Positions 48,394 to 58,451 of a stretch of DNA of 64,000 bases are shown here, piece by piece (positions within the stretch are counted from its first letter, which is position 1; every line of letters starts with the position of its first letter). This DNA is from an uncultured Chthonomonadaceae bacterium. GTDB lineage: Bacteria > Armatimonadota > Chthonomonadetes > Chthonomonadales > Chthonomonadaceae. The stretch spans positions 1,472,001 through 1,536,000 of the forward strand of contig CAWFQB010000001.1 in assembly GCA_963817895.1 (NCBI GenBank), read 5' to 3'. The translations under genes and the position numbers were made by a program. The notes under the pieces were generated by a model. That model made no database searches. It saw nothing but the letters and a program-made list of their open reading frames with translations, and was not told where the DNA came from.

Positions 48394-50802
48394 ATGGAGC
48401 GGCAAACGGTTGACTTCGGCATTGATTTAGGCACGACCAATTCGGTCATCGCCCGAGCCACGCCGCGCGGCGTCAAGATCGTGAAGAACGGACACGAGAC
48501 GGAAATCACGCCCTCGGCTGTCGCTTGCACCCCACAGGGACAAATGCTCATCGGTGAGGACGCATTAGACAAGCCCGATTTGTCGCCTGTCACGCGGTTC
48601 AAGCGGCTGATGGGAACGGCGAGTCGACAGGCGCTTGCGGATGGCCGCGCCCTGCTGCCGGAAGAGTTTTCCGCCGAAGTGCTGAAGGAGCTGAAAGCCT
48701 GCGTGCAATTGCGCTACGATATTCAGCCGGAACACGTTGTGATCACGGTTCCCGCCATGTTTCAGCAGCCGCAATGCGAAGCCACGCACCGGGCGGCGGA
48801 ACTGGCCGGACTGAAAGCCGTCACATTGCTGCAAGAACCGATTGCGGCGGCAACCGCGTGTTTGAATGAAGAGCCGGAAGAGGGCAATTATCTGGTGTAC
48901 GATCTGGGCGGCGGCACGTTCGACGTGTCCATTGTGCGGCTCAGGGATGGCGAAATGAATGTTGTCGCGCACGGCGGCGACAACTATCTGGGCGGCGCGG
49001 ATTTCGACCAGAAGATTTTTGATTGGGCGGTAGACCAACTGGAAATGAAGTTCGTGCCACTGCCCCAATTGCGCAAACCGCCCCTGCGCGACCGCCTGCT
49101 TCAGGAGTGCGAAGAGGCCAAGAAACGCCTGAGCGTCCACGAGTCAACCGCCATTGACCTGAGCGATTTTGCCCTGCCCCTCGCGCAACTGACGTTTACC
49201 CGCGAACGGCTTGAGCGGCTGATGGAAGAGGATGTTGCCCGCACGATGCGCTTTGTCCGCGAACGATTGCAGGCGGCGAACCTGAAACCGCAGGACATAC
49301 GCAGCATTCTGCTTGTCGGCGGGGCCACCAAATCCCCTATTGTGCGGCAGCGTTTGAAATCGGAATTCAACATCCCTTTATCGTTGGATCACGACCCGAT
49401 GACGGTTGTGGCGGTGGGCGCGGCCATTCACGCCAGCGCGTTGCTGAAACCGGATCGGGCCAGCGCAATGCCCCTGACCGGAACACAGGAGTTGAACCTC
49501 GAACTGTATTATGAGCCGGTGGCTCTGGATAAGGAGTGCGCCGTATCGGGCAAAGTAACGTCGCCGCCCGGATTTGCGGGGGAAGTCCGGCTTGCCCGGA
49601 TGAGCGGCGATTGGGATACGGGCTGGATGCCCCTGCGCAACGGCGCGTTTTTAAGCGATGTGCTGCTTGGTCGGGAAGCGGTCACGGACTTTACCCTTGC
49701 CGCGCGCGATCAGACCGGAACCCTGTGGAAAACGCGCCCGGAGGGGCTGACGATTCGCTACGGCGTGGCCGCAGCGCGTCCGGTCACGCCTTACAACTAC
49801 GGCGTCGCCCTTTCCGACGGCAAGTTCGGCCCGATTGTTAGTCAGGGCAAGCCGCTTCCCGCGCAGAATACGGTCATATTCGGCGCGGCGAAAACCGTAT
49901 CGGCAGGCTCGGAAGACTCGCTCGTGATTCATTTCATCGAGGGACACAGCACAATCGCAACGGACAATGTAGAGGTTGGGGAACTGAAAATCAGCGGGGC
50001 GGATTTGTCGCGGACGCTGCGGGCGGGCGAGAAAATCGAAGTGCGTATACAGATGGACGAGTCGCGGCGTCTGGAAGCCCGCGTATCCATCCCCATGCTG
50101 GATTTGGATTTCAAGGCGCGGCTGATTTCAAGTCTGGAAACCCCGCATCTGGACGATCTGGAACACTCGCTGGCGGAAGCCAAAAACACGGTGCAGAAGA
50201 TCGAAGGCGCGGTGACGGAAGAGGATCAGGATGTGGTGCTGCGTTCCAGCCGGGAACTGGAACAACTGGAAGCGCAGGTGGAAAACATTCAGCCGGACGA
50301 CGTTGGCGTGGCGGAGCGCGCGGCCAAGAAACTGGCGGACATCAAGGCACAGGTGCGCGGCCTGAGCGACAAGTACGGCGCGACAGTGGCGTATCGGGAA
50401 GCGAACGAGGCCATTGACCTTGCCGCGCAAATGACCGATCAGTTCCGCGACAGTCTGGGACAGGCGCAGGTGGAGGATATGCGCCGGGACGCCGAAGACT
50501 ATCTCCGCCAAAACGAGACGCGCAGCCTGCAAGCCCTGAAAGTCCGCGCCATGGAGTTGTTCTGGAAGCACTACCCGAAAACAGAAGAGTGCTGGACGGG
50601 ATGGATCGAATTTCTGCGCGAAAACAGGGAGTCGGCTTCGGACGCGCGGGCGTTCCACGAGTATCTGCGGCAGGCGGAGGATTGCTTGCAACGGCATGAT
50701 GTGGAGGGCGTCCGCTGGAACGTAGTGCGCGCCACCGCCTTCCTGCCCAAAAGCGAAGTGCAGACCAACCGCTTCTACAACGCCGGCCTGCGCAGTTTGT
50801 AA
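48394..50802 (+). CDS. Atypical Hsp70-family protein (802 aa)
   Basis: GIDLGTTNS, VITVPA, EPIAAA, YDLGGGTFDVS, LGGADFD, LVGGAT; divergent C-terminal half. Confidence 0.93.
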   Translation: MERQTVDFGIDLGTTNSVIARATPRGVKIVKNGHETEITPSAVACTPQGQMLIGEDALDKPDLSPVTRFKRLMGTASRQALADGRALLPEEFSAEVLKELKACVQLRYDIQPEHVVITVPAMFQQPQCEATHRAAELAGLKAVTLLQEPIAAATACLNEEPEEGNYLVYDLGGGTFDVSIVRLRDGEMNVVAHGGDNYLGGADFDQKIFDWAVDQLEMKFVPLPQLRKPPLRDRLLQECEEAKKRLSVHESTAIDLSDFALPLAQLTFTRERLERLMEEDVARTMRFVRERLQAANLKPQDIRSILLVGGATKSPIVRQRLKSEFNIPLSLDHDPMTVVAVGAAIHASALLKPDRASAMPLTGTQELNLELYYEPVALDKECAVSGKVTSPPGFAGEVRLARMSGDWDTGWMPLRNGAFLSDVLLGREAVTDFTLAARDQTGTLWKTRPEGLTIRYGVAAARPVTPYNYGVALSDGKFGPIVSQGKPLPAQNTVIFGAAKTVSAGSEDSLVIHFIEGHSTIATDNVEVGELKISGADLSRTLRAGEKIEVRIQMDESRRLEARVSIPMLDLDFKARLISSLETPHLDDLEHSLAEAKNTVQKIEGAVTEEDQDVVLRSSRELEQLEAQVENIQPDDVGVAERAAKKLADIKAQVRGLSDKYGATVAYREANEAIDLAAQMTDQFRDSLGQAQVEDMRRDAEDYLRQNETRSLQALKVRAMELFWKHYPKTEECWTGWIEFLRENRESASDARAFHEYLRQAEDCLQRHDVEGVRWNVVRATAFLPKSEVQTNRFYNAGLRSL

Positions 50803-50850
50803 AATCCAAAGCCGTTCAAATAAGGTGGTTGTCACCTCAAAAACACGTTC

Positions 50851-50938
50851 GTAGGGACACAACTTGTTGTGTCCGCATTGACACGGTTGTGTCCGCGTAG
50901 CCGTTATTGGAAGAGGACACAACAAGTTGTGTCCCTAC
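50851..50938. repeat. GTAG-type REP doublet
   Basis: Perfect 24-bp inverted repeat GTAGGGACACAACTTGTTGTGTCC (50851-50874, 50915-50938). Confidence 0.85.
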
Positions 50939-50972
50939 GAGTTGGTATTGCTTCAAGACAGGTGACAATTCT

Positions 50973-52865
50973 ATGTTCACTGCTCTAATGGTATGCCTGA
51001 CATTATGGGGGCAAAACGATGTTCGCGCGGTTCACCTGCCGCCGCGCGTTCGCAGTCTGGCGCAATTGGCGCAGGAGTTGCGGGCGCAGGGCATTGCCGC
51101 GCGGTGCGAGGCGGCAATCGGCAATCGGCTGGCGCTGGTATGCGTTCAAGATCGTAGTTGGGACGATTTGCGCCCCCTTCTGGAACGAGGGTTGGAACTG
51201 CGCTTTGTCCGGCAGCCGGAGGGCGCGTGGACGCTGACGGCGGATGCCGGGGTTGCGGCGCGCGAAACAACCCTGCGCAATGTCTTCGTCAAGCGCTACG
51301 AGAAGAGCGTAGACGACATACTCACGCCCGCGCTGGACGGGGCAGACGCCCTGAACCGTCTGGACGCGCCTGAAAAGGCTGCCAGAGAAAAGGAACTGCG
51401 CGGCATTATCGGTCTTCCGGGCGTTCCCGGCGGTTCGCCCATTCAGCGAGAAATCGCGGATTTAACGCTGAATCTGGCGTATTACAACGGCAAGCGGGCT
51501 GCGCTGTGGCCGTTGCGCCCACTGAATCTGGCCCCCTTGCTGACCTCGCCCGTTTCCCATGCGCAGCGCGTTCTCGACATCGCGCAGGACAACTCGGAAG
51601 CCGCTTTGCGCTTTCGCGCCGGACTGCAGATTTCGCGCCAGAACAACAAATTCGCGGATGCCGCGCAGTTGGATTGGTACAGCAGCCTGCGCTTTCATCC
51701 CCTGACGTTCAGCGTTACGGAGAATATCCGGGGCGTGTTCGAGCCGAACGGCATTGTGAGCGGCAGCGCGGAACTGGTTCCCGGCAGTATCCGGCATCTG
51801 TATTTCGGCCTGCGGGACGTATTTACGGGCGCGGGGCAGGGCGACACTCTGGCAGCCGATGAACAGGCGACGGACGCATGGCTTACGCAAATTAGCAGCG
51901 GCAGCAATGGCGACAAACCTGTGTCTCTGGAGGTGGGCGAACGGTCGTTGTCGGCAATGGTACAAAAATGGAGCGCGAAGAACGGGCGCGAAGTTATCAT
52001 GGAGGTATCAGCGCATCGCGATATATTGCCCGGTTACAAAACGATTTCTTCCAAACTTATCCTCAACATAACGCGGGCGCTGCAAAGTGGGCATCTTCCC
52101 GAAGAGGGCGAACTGGATGAGGGGGCGCGTGTGGGTGAGCTGAATTGCGCGGCGTTACGCTATCTGAACGCCACGCCTGTAGTGGAGAAAACGCCCATAA
52201 ACGTCAACATGCGCGTGTGGACGGTTTCACAGGCCGAGAATGTCGCGCTCATCCACAACCAACTCGCTTTTCTGGACAACATTGCCCCTCGTAACCCCGC
52301 CGCGATGCTGCTGCTGACCGAACGCCGCGCCCTGCATGATGATCATCTGCTGACATTTGACGACCTGCTGGATGCCGCCCGCGCGTTGCCTCCCCGCGAC
52401 AATACCCTTGCTTCCGGCTCGTCCCTGTACGTAGGAATGGGCGATTTTGCCGACGCGTACCCGTTTCTACGGCTGCTGGATACGTATCCGCAACGTGACG
52501 CCTTGCAAAAAGAGCTGATCCAAAACGGCGTCGCGTATCTGGAGTGTCGCCACTGCGCCCTGTCCGCGCTCAATTCTCTGACCGACACGCTGCGTTCGCT
52601 GGCCCTGCTCGCGCCGAACGGCGTTGCCGAATTCGGATGCTTCAAACCCGACTTTCCGCAATGGCTGCGGCAGGGCGTGGTGGAAATCAAAGCCGAACCC
52701 TCCGAGTTCGGCAAGGGCGCGTGGCTGACATTCGCGCTGTACAAATCGGCAGAGCGCCAACCCGACCAGACGTATGCCCTTCCCGAAGCCTTATGGACGG
52801 CAACGGTTGGCCCCCTGAACAGCCCTCTTCCGCCTGCAAGCGCAAAGCCGAGCATCAGTCCATAA
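50973..52865 (+). CDS. Hypothetical exported protein
   Basis: Long ORF with short hydrophobic N-terminus; no family recognised. Confidence 0.65.
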   Translation: MFTALMVCLTLWGQNDVRAVHLPPRVRSLAQLAQELRAQGIAARCEAAIGNRLALVCVQDRSWDDLRPLLERGLELRFVRQPEGAWTLTADAGVAARETTLRNVFVKRYEKSVDDILTPALDGADALNRLDAPEKAAREKELRGIIGLPGVPGGSPIQREIADLTLNLAYYNGKRAALWPLRPLNLAPLLTSPVSHAQRVLDIAQDNSEAALRFRAGLQISRQNNKFADAAQLDWYSSLRFHPLTFSVTENIRGVFEPNGIVSGSAELVPGSIRHLYFGLRDVFTGAGQGDTLAADEQATDAWLTQISSGSNGDKPVSLEVGERSLSAMVQKWSAKNGREVIMEVSAHRDILPGYKTISSKLILNITRALQSGHLPEEGELDEGARVGELNCAALRYLNATPVVEKTPINVNMRVWTVSQAENVALIHNQLAFLDNIAPRNPAAMLLLTERRALHDDHLLTFDDLLDAARALPPRDNTLASGSSLYVGMGDFADAYPFLRLLDTYPQRDALQKELIQNGVAYLECRHCALSALNSLTDTLRSLALLAPNGVAEFGCFKPDFPQWLRQGVVEIKAEPSEFGKGAWLTFALYKSAERQPDQTYALPEALWTATVGPLNSPLPPASAKPSISP

Positions 52866-52916
52866 TCAGGCGCGTGTTGAACCGGGTAACAATCCGCTAT
52901 TTAGCGTTGAATGCTT

Positions 52917-53375
52917 TTATGGAAGAATGTTTTGCCATGTGTCTGCTGAGACATAGCGCGAAATATGCGCTACGTTCGTGGTAGCAACAATAATATCTGT
53001 GGATGGCAAGCCCATCTCAATTACTTGCGCGGCAAGAATAACGTCGCCATCCAGCGCTTGTGGTGTTGCTGTCGCCCACCTGTTGTTCCGCGCCTGCGCC
53101 CACAAGTTGGCGGCATGGCGCATGACGCTTGTTGTCAGCGGCAGGTAGTCGAGCGTCAGCAGTAGGGCATCCAGTCGCGCAAGTCCTGCCACTTGATTGG
53201 CCCGAATCAGTTCCCTGCGCACTTCGTAGTCGGTAATTTCCGGCACATAGACACTACGCCCATTCACCAGCAAAGTTCGTAACCAGAGTTGACACGCATC
53301 TACATCTGCGGACTGCCCCGGCCTTTTCGTCACCAATCCAAGCGGACCGGAGTCAAGAAAAACGGTCTGGATCAT
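52917..53375 (-). CDS. PIN-domain toxin
   Basis: VFLDSGPLG, EITDYEVRREL, LDGDVILAAQ, VATTNVAH. Confidence 0.88.
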   Translation of the reverse strand: MIQTVFLDSGPLGLVTKRPGQSADVDACQLWLRTLLVNGRSVYVPEITDYEVRRELIRANQVAGLARLDALLLTLDYLPLTTSVMRHAANLWAQARNNRWATATPQALDGDVILAAQVIEMGLPSTDIIVATTNVAHISRYVSADTWQNILP

Positions 53376-53663
53376 GGATATACCGGGAGTTTTCCTTCGT
53401 CCGCGCGATTGGCGTTTATGCCAGCTTGAAACTCCGTCAACTCTGCTTCACGGCGGGCGAGTTCCGCCGCGTCGTCGGTTGCATCCTCTTGCCGCCACGA
53501 GTTCCAGCAGGGCGATAGCCGCCTTTTGCTTTGTGGTCAGTGTCGGGGGCGCAAGGCGGTCAATAGCCTCCCGCAGATAAACCTCCAGTGGCTTGCCCTG
53601 TGTCTGCGCCTGCGCTTGCAAACGGGCTTCCTGTTCTGGCGACAGGTCTAAGGTAACTGTCAT
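53372..53663 (-). CDS. Putative antitoxin, frameshifted near 53500
   Basis: MTVTLDLSPEQEARL...; alternate frame continues WRQEDATDD...PVYP and ends in an ATGA overlap with the PIN gene. Confidence 0.7.
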
Positions 53664-53820
53664 GTGTTTTCCCCTTTTCCCTTTTCCCTTTTCCTCTTGC
53701 GAGCAGATTGAAAATGGTGTCTTCTCGCGCGTGTATTAGCATTATACGCCACTCCGGTTTATTCCTGCAATTGGCTGACAGCGAGCAGACGTATGGGGAG
53801 TAGGGGCGTATAATAGGGGT

Positions 53821-55803
53821 ATGAAGGTTTCACATTCTCAAAATACGATTAATACTTCCTCTGAAATGCCGCGCAAACTTGTCGCTCAATTGTCAAAAGA
53901 GTTTTCAGAGAGTACATTACGCGCAGCCTTAATTTACTGTTGGGCAAACGCGAACGGAATCCCGCTAAATCATCTGGAACGGGGGCAGGCAACGGCGGAA
54001 TTCCTGCTTGATGCAGACCGGTTGGAAACGACAAGGGTGGTGACACGCTTGCAACCAAGCCTCAAAACGTTCCCCTTGAAGGCATTGGAAGCGGCTTTTG
54101 AGAGCCTGATGAACGCGGAACAGCGCAAATCGTATGGCGCGGTGTACACGCCCGATTTCATCATTGACAATCTGTTGGAACACGGATTGGCGCTCGGATG
54201 GCGCAATCATGCAAAACTGCCCACAATTTGCGATCCCTGCTGCGGCAGCGCGGGGTTTCTCATTCGCGCTGCGGAACAACTGCGGCGGCAGGGTATCGGG
54301 ATTGAAAAAGCGTTCGCGGAGTGTCTGGTCGGTTTTGATAAAGACGCCTGTATTCTGCGCAGCGCGAAATGCCTGATAGAACTGTATCTTGCTTCCAACG
54401 GCGTATCTTTGCCCGCCCCGGAACTGCGCCTGCATAGCGCGGATATTCTGCTGTCGGAAGCCGCCGCTATCTGGCAGCAGGCGAACGCGCCCAACGGCTT
54501 CAACCTGATCGCCACCAATCCGCCCTACGTGAAACTGCAAAATCTGGAAGCGGACTATCGGACTGAAATCGCCGAACGCTACGCCCGATTTGCGCGGGGC
54601 AGTTTCAGCCTGAGTCCGCTGTTTCTGGTTGCCGGTCACAAACTGCTTGCCGATGAGGGCTGCCTCGCCGTGATTACGCAGAACAATCTTTTTACCTCTT
54701 TATCAGGAATCGAAGTTCGCCGCTATTTACAACAACAGCAGTGTTTGCGCCGCATTGTCACCTTCGGTTCGCAGCAGATTTTCCACAACGCCAGCGCGTA
54801 TACGTGCCTGCTGTTTCTGGGCGCGGAGAAAGCGGAAACGTTCGAGTACGGTTCCGTGACCGAAACGGCAGACGCGAGTAGTCTTGAAAATGTGTCCTTC
54901 AATGTGATTCGCGCGGAGGAACTAAAGCCGGAAAAGTGGCGATTGGCCGACGAAACGCATCTGGCAAACCTCAAAAAAATAGAGTTGGCGGGCAGACCGT
55001 TGGGCGAGTTGACTAACATCCGAGTCGGCTTTGCAACCCTGAAAGACACGGTTTTTCAGGTCAGGCAGCAGGGCGGGGTTTGCGTTACCAATCCAATTGA
55101 TGGCGTGACTTATGAAATCGAATTGGGAATCACAGCCCCGATGGTAAAAATCGCGGAATTAAGCGGACGTGAGGATTTACGACTCAACCACCGGCGCGTG
55201 ATTTTCCCGTATAAGCGCGTGGGGGGGCAATACCGCCTGCTGTCGGAAGAGGAACTACACGCGCTGTTTCCAAAAGCGTATGCCTATCTGACGGCCTGCC
55301 GGGAACTTCTGAGCGGACGGGATAAGGGGAATAAAACGTATGAGGGCTGGTATGCGTGGGGCAGAACGCAGGGGATGGAAGCCCCCGGCCCGAAACTGCT
55401 GACCAAAACCTTCAGCAAGCGTCCCAATTTCATTCTCGACCAGAGCGACCAACTCTTCTGCAACGGCTACGCCATATTTCCGCGCAAGCCCCGTCCTGCA
55501 AACCCCGATTATCCGAGTTATCCAATGGAAGTTTACGAACGCCTGCTGAACAGCTGTTTGATGTATTATTACGCCCGCCTGACCAGTTTTGAGATTGCAG
55601 GCAACTTTCAGTGCTACCAGAAGAACTTCATTGAGCGTTTCGGCATTGTGGATATGCGTGCGGAACAGGTGACAGAATTGCTAAATCTGCCTCCCTGTGA
55701 CATAGACTCTTTTCTCGCTGGCCTCTACGCCCTTCCGCTGGAACAAATCAACAGTCAACTCTGCCCCGTAAATTGTGTTTCGTCTGTGAACTTGGGTGTA
55801 TAA
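53821..55803 (+). CDS. Gamma-class N6-adenine DNA methyltransferase
   Basis: GAVYTP, DPCCGSAGFL, ATNPPYV followed by a TRD-like region. Confidence 0.9.
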   Translation: MKVSHSQNTINTSSEMPRKLVAQLSKEFSESTLRAALIYCWANANGIPLNHLERGQATAEFLLDADRLETTRVVTRLQPSLKTFPLKALEAAFESLMNAEQRKSYGAVYTPDFIIDNLLEHGLALGWRNHAKLPTICDPCCGSAGFLIRAAEQLRRQGIGIEKAFAECLVGFDKDACILRSAKCLIELYLASNGVSLPAPELRLHSADILLSEAAAIWQQANAPNGFNLIATNPPYVKLQNLEADYRTEIAERYARFARGSFSLSPLFLVAGHKLLADEGCLAVITQNNLFTSLSGIEVRRYLQQQQCLRRIVTFGSQQIFHNASAYTCLLFLGAEKAETFEYGSVTETADASSLENVSFNVIRAEELKPEKWRLADETHLANLKKIELAGRPLGELTNIRVGFATLKDTVFQVRQQGGVCVTNPIDGVTYEIELGITAPMVKIAELSGREDLRLNHRRVIFPYKRVGGQYRLLSEEELHALFPKAYAYLTACRELLSGRDKGNKTYEGWYAWGRTQGMEAPGPKLLTKTFSKRPNFILDQSDQLFCNGYAIFPRKPRPANPDYPSYPMEVYERLLNSCLMYYYARLTSFEIAGNFQCYQKNFIERFGIVDMRAEQVTELLNLPPCDIDSFLAGLYALPLEQINSQLCPVNCVSSVNLGV

Positions 55804-55914
55804 TGTAGCAGGAGAAATATAAATGTATGGCATGAACAAAACAACGACTTTCGGCAGGTCGGCTTCCGACCTCAATATACCGGCGGAAAGGTTAGCCGAA
55901 GGGAGAGGCTACTT

Positions 55915-56160
55915 ATGTATCATGGTCAAGTGCCGCTTACTTCCGTTGCAATCAATCCAGAAACTGAAGACGCTGCGCTTCTAAATCTTCTGCATCAGGA
56001 GTTGAAAGACATCAATGAAAGCATGGTTCGCGCGAATACTGCCCTGCTTGAACTCGTCGAAGAGATGAAATCTTTGCGCGCGTCTCAGCAGCGAGATTCT
56101 ACTTCCATCAATCAACAAACTGCCGCCACTCAAACTTATGTCCAAAACTTCCTCCGATAA
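55915..56160 (+). CDS. Small coiled-coil hypothetical protein
   Basis: 81-aa ORF after GAGG, overlapping the next gene. Confidence 0.4.
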   Translation: MYHGQVPLTSVAINPETEDAALLNLLHQELKDINESMVRANTALLELVEEMKSLRASQQRDSTSINQQTAATQTYVQNFLR

Positions 56161-57100
56161 ACAACGTCGCGCTTTACCTGCCGAAATTGGGGTTGCGGTC
56201 GTTTGCCTTATCGTGTTCGTTTATTTCGGCAGTCAGTCGCCCGCGTTCCGGTCGCCGGAAAACATGCGGCTGCTTGCGAAACAGGCGGCGCAACTGGCGC
56301 TGGTCAGCACGGGCATGACGCTGGTGATCGCGACGGGCGGCATTGATATTTCCGTCGGGTCGCTGGTCGCGCTGTGTTCCATGACATTGGGGGCGTTGTG
56401 CGTTCGGTCGGGATGGCCGCTGTTCCCCTCCTGTGTGGCGGCGGTCAGCGTGGGGGGATTATGCGGGCTGTTCAACGGCCTGCTGATTGCCCGCGCCAAA
56501 CTGCCGCCGATTATCGTCACCCTTGCGACGCTGGCGGCTGCGCGGGCGGGGGCCGCCCTGTTCAACGCGGGCAGCAGCATTTCTCCCATTCCCCTCGCGC
56601 TCAATGACGTGTTCGACAAGACGCAGATTATGGGACTGCCGCTTCTGTTCTGGATCGGCGGTCTGTCGCTTGTTGCCGGACACCTGATTTTACGCGTGAC
56701 CACGTTCGGACGCCAACTGCTGGCATTGGGCGGCAACCGCCTGACCGCCCGCCTGTCCGGTATGCCCACTGTTCGGACGGAAACCCTTGTTTACGTGTTA
56801 AGCGGCGCCCTCGCGGGACTGGCGGCGGTAATCAACACGGCCCTGAAAGCGACCGCCACGCCGGACGCGGGCAAATATCTGGAACTCAACGCCATTACCG
56901 CCGTCGTGCTGGGCGGCACAGCTATCGCGGGCGGGCAGGCCACCATGCTGGGAACCGGATTAGGCGTTGTCACGATTGGCGCGTTGCTCAGTGGGGTTCG
57001 TTTGCTGAAGTTCGAGGATCAGGTGGCGTGGTTTCTCGTTGGCGGCGCCCTCCTTTTGGCCGTAGAAGTGCAGAAGTGGCGGCAGCAGAAGCGCAGTTAA
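56138..57100 (+). CDS. Monosaccharide ABC transporter permease (RbsC-like)
   Basis: GMTLVIATGGIDISVGS, PPIIVTL, FGRQLLALGGN, ELNAITAVVLGG. Confidence 0.93.
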   Translation: MSKTSSDKQRRALPAEIGVAVVCLIVFVYFGSQSPAFRSPENMRLLAKQAAQLALVSTGMTLVIATGGIDISVGSLVALCSMTLGALCVRSGWPLFPSCVAAVSVGGLCGLFNGLLIARAKLPPIIVTLATLAAARAGAALFNAGSSISPIPLALNDVFDKTQIMGLPLLFWIGGLSLVAGHLILRVTTFGRQLLALGGNRLTARLSGMPTVRTETLVYVLSGALAGLAAVINTALKATATPDAGKYLELNAITAVVLGGTAIAGGQATMLGTGLGVVTIGALLSGVRLLKFEDQVAWFLVGGALLLAVEVQKWRQQKRS

Positions 57101-57116
57101 GAGTTATCAAAGGACA

Positions 57117-57148
57117 AAACGCCGGGTGTTAAACACCCGGCGCTTTTT
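57117..57148. terminator. Intrinsic terminator between convergent genes
   Basis: CGCCGGGTGTT-A-AACACCCGGCG stem flanked by A and T runs. Confidence 0.8.
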
Positions 57149-57172
57149 GTGGCTTCGTATCGTCTGCCTGAT

Positions 57173-58447
57173 TTACGGCTGAACGAAGGCTTCACCCGGC
57201 AACAGGCGTACTCGAACCGTGACGAATGTGCTGCCGCTCGCGGGACGGGCAATGGCGTTGGATGGGGGCGGCAACACGGGAACTTGCCCTGCCACGTCGG
57301 TTGATTCCTGTATGGTCAGGGCATGTAGATCTTTACGCTGCGCGCCGATTTGTGGCAGGGGTGTGCCTATCTGACTCAAATGCGTTTGCAGGCTGTCGGC
57401 GACGCGGGCGGGAACGCGCATTTCCAGCAGGATTCCGGCGGGAAGCGAAGCGCCATTGGCGTTGACGACGGCAGGCGCGATGCCTTTTTCCGCCATCACG
57501 CGCATTCTCGCGCCTGATGTTTCCGCCCACTGCTGTAATTGCTGACGCGCTTCCGAAACGTTCGCGACGGCAAGCGCGATTTGCGGCGTTGCCAACGGCG
57601 CGATTGCGTTCGCGGGATTGGCATGTGGCTGCGCAGAGGGCGCATGTTTCGCGCTTGCAAGCCTCTGCTGATGCCGCGCGTTCAGCATTTTGCCGATGGC
57701 AAGGGACGCCCGACGCTCGGCCTCGCGGCTCGTTGGGTCGGTATACGCCTCATCCGAAGGAGCCGGAGAAGCGGCATCATTGCCGGATGCGTTCGCTGTT
57801 GTCTCTGGCGTTGCGCTTGTTTCCAATGCGGCGGGACGCGCCAATCCATTTCCCGGCGAACTTGCCGCGCCTGTATCTACCGTTTTTGCCTCGTCAAAAC
57901 TGTGTCTGGGCGCGGTGAATATTCTGACAACGCGCAACGGCCTGTCCGTTGTGGGCGCAAGGGGCGGTTTTGTCTCGTTTACTGCCATCGGAACTGTGTT
58001 TGTCAGCGTGGGCAAATTTGCGGTCGCGTTTGCCGGGGAATGCAGGCGCATTGCGAACGCCCCGCCCATCAGCAGCGCAATCGCGGCCAAACTTCCAAAA
58101 GCCAGCGTAGGACGAAGCGCGGGCGTATAGGAAGTTCGCGGTTTGAGGACGCTCTCCCTATTCGCCAACTGCAAGGGCGTCTCGGCGGGCAGGCAGGCGA
58201 GAATACGGGCGCGGAGTTCCGGGCGCGGCGATAAACCGGGGGCGTTTTCCCATTCGGCAAAATTCCCGTTCATCTGCTTCAGCCAGTTCGCTTCACTCCG
58301 GCACGACGCGCACCGCTGTAAATGCCACGCGGCCACGCGCTGCCGCCACAGCGGCATTTCGCCATCCACATACGCTTTGAGGTCGCCGCGCAGCCAGTGT
58401 CCCGGTTTTGGCGTCTGGTTCATGAGTGTTGTCTTTCTACGATTCAT
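57173..58447 (-). CDS. Zinc-finger (zf-HC2) transmembrane anti-sigma factor
   Basis: AYVDGEM...HLQRCASC, one TM helix, downstream of the ECF sigma. Confidence 0.85.
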   Translation of the reverse strand: MNRRKTTLMNQTPKPGHWLRGDLKAYVDGEMPLWRQRVAAWHLQRCASCRSEANWLKQMNGNFAEWENAPGLSPRPELRARILACLPAETPLQLANRESVLKPRTSYTPALRPTLAFGSLAAIALLMGGAFAMRLHSPANATANLPTLTNTVPMAVNETKPPLAPTTDRPLRVVRIFTAPRHSFDEAKTVDTGAASSPGNGLARPAALETSATPETTANASGNDAASPAPSDEAYTDPTSREAERRASLAIGKMLNARHQQRLASAKHAPSAQPHANPANAIAPLATPQIALAVANVSEARQQLQQWAETSGARMRVMAEKGIAPAVVNANGASLPAGILLEMRVPARVADSLQTHLSQIGTPLPQIGAQRKDLHALTIQESTDVAGQVPVLPPPSNAIARPASGSTFVTVRVRLLPGEAFVQP

Positions 58448-58451
58448 TCTT

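Noticed and set aside
48394..50802. Calling the Hsp70 gene dnaK
   Set aside because: Lacks the canonical linker and C-terminus, is much longer, and has no canonical dnaJ neighbour
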